Positions 45,956 through 53,265 of a DNA stretch of 64,000 nt are shown here, one piece after another. The stretch lies in the NCBI GenBank assembly GCA_009377445.1, contig WHUA01000004.1, forward strand, positions 85,273 through 149,272, written 5' to 3'. Made by a program: the position numbers and the translations under genes. The stretch comes from Alphaproteobacteria bacterium (GTDB lineage Bacteria > Pseudomonadota > Alphaproteobacteria > UBA8366). Every line of letters begins with the position of its first letter. The stretch's first letter is position 1. The notes beneath the pieces were generated by a model. The model saw only the letters and a list, made by a program, of their open reading frames with translations. It had not been told where the DNA came from and searched no databases.

Positions 45956-47212
45956 TTATGAGGGCAGCGGGCGGTCCCGCCCGTAGCGGACGTCGGCCCG
46001 GTTCTTGAGCCAAGTGTAGATCGTAACGCGCGAGACGCCGAACTGCCGCGCCGTTCGCGTCACGTTGTTCGCGTTCGCAGCCAGGGCGCGCCGCAGCTCG
46101 TCGACCGACGGCTTCCGCTGGCGAAGCATGGGACGGCCAACGAGGGCGCCCTCGCCGGCCGGCCGGATCGTCAGATCGTCCCGGCGCAGAAATGCGAAGT
46201 CCTTCGCCTCCAGCGCCGTGCCGTCGCACAGGATGACGGCGCGGCGCATTGCGCTGATCAGCTCGCGCACGTTTCCGGGCCAATCGTAAGATTGCAGGAG
46301 ATGCAGCACGGAATCGGACAAGCGCGGGCATGTCACCCCGTGCTCTTCGCTGACGCGGCGCAGCACATAGCGCACGAGCACATCCATGTCGCCCTGACGC
46401 TCCCGCAACGCCGGCAGCTCCAGCCGGAGGACATTGAGCCGGAAATACAGGTCCTTGCGGAAGAAGCCGCCGCGTATCGCCTGCTCGAGATTGACGTTCG
46501 TCGCCGTCACGACGCGCAGACGCACGTGGATCAGCTCCTTGCCGCCCACCCGGCGGAAAGTCATGTCCTGCAGGAATCGGAGAAGCTGCGGCTGCAAGGA
46601 CAGCGGCATGTCGCCGATCTCGTCGAGGAACAGCGTCCCCCCGTCGGCGGCTTCGATGCGCCCGATGCGCCTTTCCGTCGCGCCGGTGAATGCTCCCCGC
46701 TCGTATCCGAAAAGCTCGGACGCGACGAGGTTCTCGGGAAGACCGCCGCAATTGATCGCAATGAACGGTCCCTTGCCGAAGAACGAGCGTTCATGAATCG
46801 CTTTCGCGGCGAGCTCCTTCCCGGTGCCGCTCTCGCCGCTGATCAACACCGGCGCATCGACCTTCGCAAACCGGCGGATGCGGTCGAACACCGCCTTCAT
46901 CGCCGGGCAGGCGCCGACCATCACGGGATCGTCCTCGGCTTCGACAGCCGGCGAGCTCTTTCGCGCGCGAAGCACGTCATCGGCGACCTCTTCGATGAGG
47001 TCCGGATGACGCGCCACGATTCCAAGCAGGATATCGGCAAGTTTCTCAGGTATAAGATGTTTCAGCTCTTCGCGAGCGAGAGATGCCGCGCGTGCGTGCG
47101 GCAAACCCGAAGCGACACCGACCGGACCGATCGTAGCGCGCCCGTCCCGATGCACCGAGATCGCTACCTCCTCCCGCCTCTGCGCCGCCCTCAGAGCGGG
47201 CTGGCGCACCAC
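45956..47212 (-). CDS. Sigma-54-dependent transcriptional activator (bacterial enhancer-binding protein, Fis-type HTH)
   Basis: The AAA+ core has GESGTGKE, the GAFTGA loop (ERGAFTGA) and DWPGNVREL. The C-terminal HTH is NVTRTARQFGVSRVTIYTWLK. The N-terminal region is short (~95 aa) and is not a receiver domain. GTG start, uncertain. Confidence 0.85.
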   Translation of the reverse strand: MVRQPALRAAQRREEVAISVHRDGRATIGPVGVASGLPHARAASLAREELKHLIPEKLADILLGIVARHPDLIEEVADDVLRARKSSPAVEAEDDPVMVGACPAMKAVFDRIRRFAKVDAPVLISGESGTGKELAAKAIHERSFFGKGPFIAINCGGLPENLVASELFGYERGAFTGATERRIGRIEAADGGTLFLDEIGDMPLSLQPQLLRFLQDMTFRRVGGKELIHVRLRVVTATNVNLEQAIRGGFFRKDLYFRLNVLRLELPALRERQGDMDVLVRYVLRRVSEEHGVTCPRLSDSVLHLLQSYDWPGNVRELISAMRRAVILCDGTALEAKDFAFLRRDDLTIRPAGEGALVGRPMLRQRKPSVDELRRALAANANNVTRTARQFGVSRVTIYTWLKNRADVRYGRDRPLPS

Positions 47213-47446
47213 CTGTCAGTTGTGATCTTAGCCGCAGACCACGTCATTTTTCAAACAACTATCAGTCGTACCCACGATACCCGCGGGCGGTATTCCAATA
47301 ACGCGTGTATATCTGGGTAAGTTCTCTTAACCGATCTTTGCGTTACTATTTCGCAACGTGCGATTATTTTATCATACATTCAAACGCGCGTTGTTTGTAA
47401 TTTAAGGTTAATTTGGCCATACTTGCGGTGAAGCAGGGAGGCACAA

Positions 47447-48799
47447 ATGAACAATATTTCCGTGTCTTATCATCGAAATATTCTTTTTTTGCTCTCTTTC
47501 GTTGTTATTCAAATCTACGTTATCAAAACTGCGCTCGCTTCGGAGTTGCGGCAATATGACAATGAAATCAGCCAACTCGAACAATCTCTGACAGAGCAGA
47601 AACAGCGCATGAAGGCGCAGGAGCGCCTGCTGGAAGAGTATCGGGCCGCACTGGACCGTCAGAGCGGCGACTTAGACGCACTCAAACGCCAGGTCCAGGA
47701 AAAGGCGGTACAAGAGAGCGCGGCTTCCGCCCCGCACGCGAACGGCATCCCCCGGGTGCAACCGGCTTCTCTTCCCGGCGATCGGGGTGCGGTCGCGCCC
47801 GTGCAACCCAACGGCGCGGGAAGGCACGGCGCAACGCCTGCCGCGAGCAAATCGGCGGTCGCGCAGTCGACCTCGGTACAGGAGGAAAAGCCGCGCGAAC
47901 GTCCCGATGTGCCGCTGATCGTGGATAGGGGCGGCGTCCTTCTCCGCCAGGGCGAAATCGTGATCGAACCGGCCCTCGATTTCAGCCTCGTCGAAACGAA
48001 CCGTGTCGAAGTCGCCGGCTTTACCGTGCTGCCGGCGATTCTCATCGGGAATTTCGATGTCTCGCAGGTCGAGCGAGAGACGCTCACCGCCGCCCTGACG
48101 GGACGGATCGGCGTCACGGACCGGCTTGAGCTGGAGGCCCGCGTCCCTTATGTCCGCCGCGACGATCGTGAAACGCGCCGGCCGATCGGAACGGGCGCCG
48201 CCGATGACGAAACCGTCGACATCGACGGCGACGGCCTCGGCGACATCGAATTCGCAGCGCACTACCAGATCAATGACGGCGTCGGCCGTTGGCCTTACTT
48301 CGTCGCCAACATGCGGGCGAAATCCGATACGGGAACCAGCCCGTTCGATGTCGACACCGATGCCTCGGGCAATCCGACCGAGCTTCCCACCGGCACAGGG
48401 TTCTGGAGCCTGCAGCCCAGCATCACCGCGATCGTGCCGACCGATCCCGCGGTCGTATTCGCCAATATCAACTACACCTGGAACATGTCGAGAGACGTCG
48501 ACGGATTCGGCGACATCGACCCCGGCGATACTTTCGGCGGAAGCCTGGGTCTCGGATTCGCGTTGAACGAAAAGCTGTCCATCAGCATGGCGTATGACCA
48601 CATCTATGTCCTGGAGACGACCCAGAACGGGGCGGACAACAACTCCGCCTTCCATGTCGGGCGGATGCTGTTCGGCGGCTCCTACCGGTTCGCCGACCGC
48701 GCCGCGGTCAACCTGAACTTCGCGGTCGGCGTCACCGAGCAGGCGCCGGATATCCAGACAGAGCTGCGCGTGCCGATAAGCTTCCGCCCGTTCAATTGA
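47447..48799 (+). CDS. Outer-membrane beta-barrel protein with N-terminal coiled coil and A/P-rich linker (FapF-like architecture)
   Basis: Has a signal peptide (..IKTALA-SE), a heptad-rich helix ELRQYDNEISQLEQSLTEQKQRMKAQERLLEEYRAALDRQSGDLDALKRQVQEK and a low-complexity linker. About 300 aa of alternating amphipathic strands follow, ending in ELRVPISFRPFN. ATG follows GGGAGG. Confidence 0.65.
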   Translation: MNNISVSYHRNILFLLSFVVIQIYVIKTALASELRQYDNEISQLEQSLTEQKQRMKAQERLLEEYRAALDRQSGDLDALKRQVQEKAVQESAASAPHANGIPRVQPASLPGDRGAVAPVQPNGAGRHGATPAASKSAVAQSTSVQEEKPRERPDVPLIVDRGGVLLRQGEIVIEPALDFSLVETNRVEVAGFTVLPAILIGNFDVSQVERETLTAALTGRIGVTDRLELEARVPYVRRDDRETRRPIGTGAADDETVDIDGDGLGDIEFAAHYQINDGVGRWPYFVANMRAKSDTGTSPFDVDTDASGNPTELPTGTGFWSLQPSITAIVPTDPAVVFANINYTWNMSRDVDGFGDIDPGDTFGGSLGLGFALNEKLSISMAYDHIYVLETTQNGADNNSAFHVGRMLFGGSYRFADRAAVNLNFAVGVTEQAPDIQTELRVPISFRPFN

Positions 48800-48814
48800 G
48801 CGCGGCGGGATGGG

Positions 48815-49423
48815 TCAGCGGAACGTACTGAGGTGGCGAAGCTGACTCATGCGGGTCTGCATGTTCGTCACCGCCTGCGGCTGGATGAACTGGCTCGCTT
48901 GCAGATCGAGCTGGACCGCCATCTGTTGCTGGATGACCACGTTCGACAGCGTGTTCTGCACCGTCATCATGAAGCCGTTCGCGCCGTTGAAACTGGTCGG
49001 CGCCACATTGCCGTTCCCGGCCTGGACGGATGTCACGATCTGGTTGATCGCATCGGCCAGCTTCACGTTGCCTGTGACAGGCACACCGAACCCGCTCGTG
49101 TCGAAATTCGTCACGCCCCCGGTAATCCCGGTCGCGGGCGAGAAGGTAAGCCGGCCTTCGTAAATCCGCTGGCCGTTGATCTGGGCGGCGACATCTATCG
49201 CGAAATTCAACAGGCCGGTCGGCATGACGAACCCGCCCCGCATCCGGGCGAGCTGCTCGTCCGGAACCACCTCGTAGCGCGCGAATTCGGCGACAAGCTG
49301 CCGGCCGGCCGGGCGCATCTCCTGCGCCGGCGCCGGGCCCGGCGCCATTGCACCGACAAGGGCGAAGACGGTGAGCGCCCAGCCCGCCCGCCATCTCGCC
49401 GCCCCTGCTGCAATGCGCAACAT
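48815..49423 (-). CDS. Secreted protein sharing the cluster C-terminal VQN..NV.IQ..MAV motif
   Basis: Signal peptide ..APGPAPA-QE. VTSVQAGNGNVAPTSF and FMMTVQNTLSNVVIQQQMAVQLDL are related to the repeats of the 560-aa and 121-aa proteins. The start lies 1 nt after the upstream stop. Confidence 0.6.
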   Translation of the reverse strand: MLRIAAGAARWRAGWALTVFALVGAMAPGPAPAQEMRPAGRQLVAEFARYEVVPDEQLARMRGGFVMPTGLLNFAIDVAAQINGQRIYEGRLTFSPATGITGGVTNFDTSGFGVPVTGNVKLADAINQIVTSVQAGNGNVAPTSFNGANGFMMTVQNTLSNVVIQQQMAVQLDLQASQFIQPQAVTNMQTRMSQLRHLSTFR

Positions 49424-49424
49424 C

Positions 49425-50153
49425 TCAAAAATCCCCCGGCCTCGGCATCAATAAGTTGAACGAAGCGAGACTTGCCCGACTGAGCGCCGTGCCGAACGGC
49501 GCACTGTGGCGCACTTTCCAAGCCTCGGCCCGATTGAAGGTCTCGTTGGCCGACTTGTTCTTGTTCTGAATGACGAAGGCGATGCCGTTCCACATGGCTT
49601 CAAACTCGCCGCGCGGATAGGTCTTCATGCCAAGCGCAGGATCGCCGACCAGGACCTCGGTATCGCTGACGCCCTTCACCACCACGAAATGCAGGTACCC
49701 CTTCAAATTCATCAACACCACACCGGGGATCTTCGCCTGCACGAAGGCATCGAGCGGCGCCTTGAAGCCGTTCGCCGCGAAACCCTCCCGCTCGAGGTAT
49801 TCCTTCATGTCCAGCAGCGAGAAGCCCTGCGTCCGAATCTTCGACTCCTCGCCGAACAGGAGCATCGAATCGAAAATCTCCATCTCAGTCACGGCGAAGC
49901 CGTAGTGATAGGTGAGAAGCGTCGCGAGCGCGGCCGATCCGCAACTGAAGTCGAACTGTTGCTTGATGACGTCCTTGAATCGCGCCTCCTTGATGCTCGT
50001 CACCTCGACGCGGACATAGCCCAATCCGCCCGGCGCGACGGTTCCCGCCACGGACGGCGCTGCATGCGCCAGGAAGGCCATAAGGCTGCCCGAGGCGATG
50101 CAGGCCGTGACGCAGCGCAAACGCGCCCGCGAGCTATTGAACGAAGTTGACAT
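49425..50153 (-). CDS. Periplasmic C39-like cysteine peptidase (FapD-like)
   Basis: Has an N-terminal signal/anchor. QQFDFSCGSAALATLLTY supplies the catalytic Cys, and GYLHFVVVKGVSDTEVLVGDP supplies the His and Asp. No ABC transporter domains are attached. Confidence 0.75.
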   Translation of the reverse strand: MSTSFNSSRARLRCVTACIASGSLMAFLAHAAPSVAGTVAPGGLGYVRVEVTSIKEARFKDVIKQQFDFSCGSAALATLLTYHYGFAVTEMEIFDSMLLFGEESKIRTQGFSLLDMKEYLEREGFAANGFKAPLDAFVQAKIPGVVLMNLKGYLHFVVVKGVSDTEVLVGDPALGMKTYPRGEFEAMWNGIAFVIQNKNKSANETFNRAEAWKVRHSAPFGTALSRASLASFNLLMPRPGDF

Positions 50154-50499
50154 CGACCGCCATGTTGGTCTGGATGATCACATTGTTGCCGATATTCTGA
50201 ACGGCCACGAAGGCGCCCGCCGAGTTCGCGAGCGCGCCGTTACCGATCACATTGTTCGCGGTGAACGCCCCGCTCGTCGACGAATTTCCGGTAAGCGTCG
50301 CCGTCATGTTGCCGAGCGTACAGCCCGACGCGCAGTCCGGCAGCGCCATGCCGCGCAGGGTTTCGAGCTCCGCCGCGTCGACGGGCTGTCCGAAATGCGC
50401 CTGCAGCAGCGCCGCATCGTCGGCGCGTGCTGCTCCCGAGACGGCAACCGCCGCCGCCGCGGCGAAGATGAGAGAAACTCCGATACTGGGGGTCATCAT
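50134..50499 (-). CDS. Small secreted protein carrying a single copy of the cluster repeat
   Basis: Signal peptide ..VSGAARA-DD. NVIGNGALANSAGAFVAVQNIGNNVIIQTNMAV aligns position by position with the NTIDGGAFNDGAGIATVQQNNGDNNVINA unit of the 560-aa protein. ATG 50499 is preferred over TTG 50511. It overlaps the next gene by 20 nt. Confidence 0.6.
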   Translation of the reverse strand: MMTPSIGVSLIFAAAAAVAVSGAARADDAALLQAHFGQPVDAAELETLRGMALPDCASGCTLGNMTATLTGNSSTSGAFTANNVIGNGALANSAGAFVAVQNIGNNVIIQTNMAVDVNFVQ

Positions 50500-50542
50500 A
50501 CGGATTCCCAAGTAGTGCAGTCTTCTCCGCTAACAAAGAGGT

Positions 50543-50570
50543 GGAAGGTGAGGACACGCCCCCACCTTCC
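50543..50570 (-). terminator. Stem-loop between the repeat-protein gene and downstream genes (possible partial terminator/attenuator)
   Basis: GGAAGGTG-N12-CACCTTCC is a perfect 8-bp stem 18 nt after the stop at 50588. On the transcribed strand it is followed by ACCTCTTTGTT, which is only a weak U-tract. Confidence 0.35.
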
Positions 50571-50587
50571 GGCAGTAACTTGCGCTC

Positions 50588-52270
50588 TTAAGGCGTAATG
50601 ACGTTGGCCACCACGGCAATCGAAGACTGTATCGCGTTGTTGCTGCCGTTGTTCTGCTGCACCGTCTTGATGCCGGCGAAGCCGTTGAACGAGTCGGACA
50701 GCGTGTTCTGGTATCCCGGCGGCACGTTCGTCGGCGCGATGACTGCAATATTTCCGGATACCACCGCCGTGATCGTCGTATCGTCGACGATACTGCCATT
50801 GAACCCGACGAAGTTCGCATTGTCGCTGAGCCCGGCGACGACCGCCTTGGATGCGTTGATCACGTTGTTGTCGCCGTTGTTCTGCTGCACGGTGGCGATA
50901 CCGGCGCCGTCGTTGAAGGCGCCGCCGTCGATCGTATTGACGCGGTCGACGTTGGCGGTCTCGACGGCGAGATTGTTCGTGACCTCGGCATGCGTACGCG
51001 CGTCTACCGCCGCATCCCCTCCGTCGATCTGACCGCTGGTGAACAGCGTGGCGACAACGGCAGTCAGCGCATTCATTGCGTTGTTGTTGCCGTTGTTCTG
51101 CTGCACCGCCGTCAAGCCGACGGCTTCCGAGAACGAGCCCTCGTCGATGGTGTTGATCCGGTTCTGATCCTGGTCCGTCGTGTTGAGGCTCGAGTTGTTG
51201 TTCGTGACAAACCCGGCCGCGCTCACGACAACAGCGGACGCGTCATCGATATCATCCACGGTGAGGAAATGTGCCCGCACCGCGTTGCCGACGTTCATGG
51301 CGTTATTGTCGCCGTTGTTCTGCTGCACGTTGACGATGCCGCCCGGACCCACGAACGCATCGCTGATGAGGTTCGTCCGATCGTACGGCGTCGGCGGTCC
51401 GGCGTCGCTCTGGGCAAAGCCGGTATTGTTGGTCACCACCGCGGTTGCAACGAGCGATTGCAGTGCGTCTTCGCTGGGGTCTACGTCGGTCGTGGTGCCG
51501 AGGTCGGCGATGACGGAGTTGGCCGCCTGGATGACGTTGCCGTTGCCGTTGTTCTGCTGCACCGACGCCATGCCGACGAACTCCGCGAATGCGCCGCCGT
51601 CGATCGTGTTGGTCCGCTCGCCGGTGATATCGCCGCCGCTGACGACGTTCACCTCCGATGTGATAAGGCCGGTCACGGTCGCTTCGAGGAGAACTTCCTG
51701 CGAGCTGTCGTCGTGGTTCTCGCCATTCTGGCCGAAGAGGTTCGGGCCGATATTGGCCGAAACGACGTCGCCGATCCCGAGGACGTTCCCGTCGCCGTTG
51801 TTCTGCTGCACATCGACGATGCCGCTGGCGCCCGCGAACGCATCGGTGATCGTATTCTCGCGGAAGGACGACGCGAGCGGCCCCGGCGCGTTGTTGGAGT
51901 AGTCGCCGCCGATCGTCGACCCGCGAAGCCAGAGCTGCTGCGACACGTCACCCCCGCTCCCAGGGGCCGCCGTGCTGATGACGACGTTCGACGCGATTCC
52001 TAACGCGTTGCTGTTGCCGTTGTTCTGTTGGTCGTGGCTGATGCCCGTAAAATTGTTGGCATAGCCGCCACTGATATCGTTGCTTCGCAGAGATCCGGGA
52101 TCCAGCGTAAAGTTGACGCCTACGAACTGATCCAGCGTGAGCTGATCCGGCAAGGTGGGTACGAGCCCATTGTCGTTCTGCTGGATCTGCTGTGCGAGCG
52201 CCCCGCTCGAGGCCGCCCCGAGCAGAACCAGGGCCGAGGCCGAAGCCAGCAATACGTTTTTGAAGTTCAT
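50588..52270 (-). CDS. Secreted 560-aa N/Q/G-rich protein with seven VQQNNGxNN repeat units (putative fibre/amyloid major subunit)
   Basis: ATG 52270 follows AAGGAG. Signal peptide ..SSGALA-QQ. It carries seven units of the form N-T-I-D-x-x-F-x-x-x-x-G-I-x-x-V-Q-Q-N-N-G-x-x-N-x-x-x-x-x-x-x-V. No Cys residues and no recognisable anchor, autotransporter or RTX domain. Confidence 0.75.
   Translation of the reverse strand: MNFKNVLLASASALVLLGAASSGALAQQIQQNDNGLVPTLPDQLTLDQFVGVNFTLDPGSLRSNDISGGYANNFTGISHDQQNNGNSNALGIASNVVISTAAPGSGGDVSQQLWLRGSTIGGDYSNNAPGPLASSFRENTITDAFAGASGIVDVQQNNGDGNVLGIGDVVSANIGPNLFGQNGENHDDSSQEVLLEATVTGLITSEVNVVSGGDITGERTNTIDGGAFAEFVGMASVQQNNGNGNVIQAANSVIADLGTTTDVDPSEDALQSLVATAVVTNNTGFAQSDAGPPTPYDRTNLISDAFVGPGGIVNVQQNNGDNNAMNVGNAVRAHFLTVDDIDDASAVVVSAAGFVTNNNSSLNTTDQDQNRINTIDEGSFSEAVGLTAVQQNNGNNNAMNALTAVVATLFTSGQIDGGDAAVDARTHAEVTNNLAVETANVDRVNTIDGGAFNDGAGIATVQQNNGDNNVINASKAVVAGLSDNANFVGFNGSIVDDTTITAVVSGNIAVIAPTNVPPGYQNTLSDSFNGFAGIKTVQQNNGSNNAIQSSIAVVANVITP
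50646..52033 (-). repeat. In-frame periodic coding repeat (seven copies of CCGTTGTTCTGCTGCAC on the plus strand)
   Basis: Copies lie at 50646, 50874, 51090, 51312, 51546 and 51795, with a variant at 52017 (CCGTTGTTCTGTTGGTC). Spacings are 228, 216, 222, 234, 249 and 222 nt, all multiples of 3. Confidence 0.85.
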
Positions 52271-52421
52271 GTCTTGCTCACTCCTTATGTATGACACACA
52301 GGTTCCGACATGCAGTTTTCGTCGTTTCTGCCTTCGGCCGCTGCGCAAACGAGTGCCCGTGAGGCGGCCCGGCCTCTGCCCAAAAAGGGACACGCCGAAC
52401 AAGAAGACATTTGTGGAAGGC

Positions 52422-52436
52422 GCAATGATCGTGCCA
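52422..52436 (-). promoter_or_regulatory. Consensus sigma-54 promoter upstream of the repeat-protein gene
   Basis: The minus strand reads TGGCACG-ATCA-TTGC, an exact match to TGGCACG-N4-TTGC. It lies about 150 nt upstream of ATG 52270. Confidence 0.7.
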
Positions 52437-52544
52437 GCCGCGAAGCGCCCGGCGGGCGGCGGCAAACCGGCGGTAATTAACGAAGATTGACGCCCGGCCG
52501 GCCGGTGCGGACGGGGCGCGACTGTATCGATCTGTTAACGCTTA

Positions 52545-52570
52545 CTGTAAAGCTGACAGGCGCTTTACAG
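52545..52570. promoter_or_regulatory. Inverted repeat CTGTAAAGC-N8-GCTTTACAG, candidate enhancer (UAS) for the 52422 sigma-54 promoter
   Basis: A perfect 9-bp inverted repeat centred ~120-135 bp upstream of the -24/-12 element. The same CTGTAAA/TTTACAG half-sites recur at 53774..53801. Confidence 0.5.
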
Positions 52571-52606
52571 AATGCGGGACCATCAACCGCTTCTTTTTCA
52601 TTCTCG

Positions 52607-53224
52607 TTATTTCCAATCCTGGTAGATCGCGAGAAGCGTACGCCGATCCGGAACGCCGGTTTCCGGCAGCTTCTTCTTTTTCTGGTAGGTGCTGATCGCC
52701 GTCGCCGTACCCTTGCCGAACTTGCCGTCGACGGCGCCCTTGTAGAGTCCCTGTTGCTTCAATGTCTGCTGCACGCGGCGTACGGTTTCCTCGAAGACGT
52801 GGATCTTTCCCTTGCCGGCCTCGATGCTTGCGACCGGCGATTGGCTCTCGATCCGGTATTTGTGCAGCTCGCGCGTCACGACATAGACGGCCGACGCGAA
52901 ATTGACTTTCTTGTTGCCGTCGCAGAAGGTCGCGACCACGCCGGATATGGCGTCTAGATCGAAATCCGCGGCGGCGTCATACGTCTCCGCGCCGAACTGG
53001 CTGTAGGCGGTAATGTAGCCGTTGGCCCATTCCCGGAAGAAGAGATAGGCCGGCGACGCGGCCTTGCGTTCGGCGAGGTAGCGTTCGCAGGGCTGGCTGC
53101 CGAACCCGCGGACAAAGTAGTTTCCTGCCTTGTCCCCTGCGCTTGCCGCGCTGGCCGACATCATGACGGCGGCGATGAACACCAGCAGCGCCAGCGTCTT
53201 CTTGTTGCTTTTCTTCGTAGCCAC
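52607..53224 (-). CDS. Secreted protein with C-terminal peptidoglycan-binding (PG_binding_1-like) domain
   Basis: GTG 53224 follows AAAGGGGA. Signal peptide KKTLALLVFIAAVMMSASAASA. The C terminus VRRVQQTLKQQGLYKGAVDGKFGKGTATAISTYQKKKKLPETGVPDRRT is a typical PG-binding repeat. The upstream part of ORF 52607..53635 is rejected. Confidence 0.65.
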   Translation of the reverse strand: MATKKSNKKTLALLVFIAAVMMSASAASAGDKAGNYFVRGFGSQPCERYLAERKAASPAYLFFREWANGYITAYSQFGAETYDAAADFDLDAISGVVATFCDGNKKVNFASAVYVVTRELHKYRIESQSPVASIEAGKGKIHVFEETVRRVQQTLKQQGLYKGAVDGKFGKGTATAISTYQKKKKLPETGVPDRRTLLAIYQDWK

Positions 53225-53265
53225 CGGTTTCCCCTTTATTTCACGTCTTGGGCCGGACCCCGGAC

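Noticed and set aside
47414-47426. TTGGCCATACTTGC upstream of the barrel gene, considered as a third sigma-54 promoter.
   Set aside because: GG and GC are 10 nt apart instead of the strict 12-nt register, so it is not called. The barrel gene probably uses another promoter in the AT-rich spacer.
50646-52033. Regularly spaced 17-nt repeat (period 216-249 nt), considered as a CRISPR-like or satellite array.
   Set aside because: All spacings are multiples of 3 and lie inside one intact ORF. The repeat encodes the VQQNNG core, and the 'spacers' are homologous to one another at the protein level. No cas genes are present.
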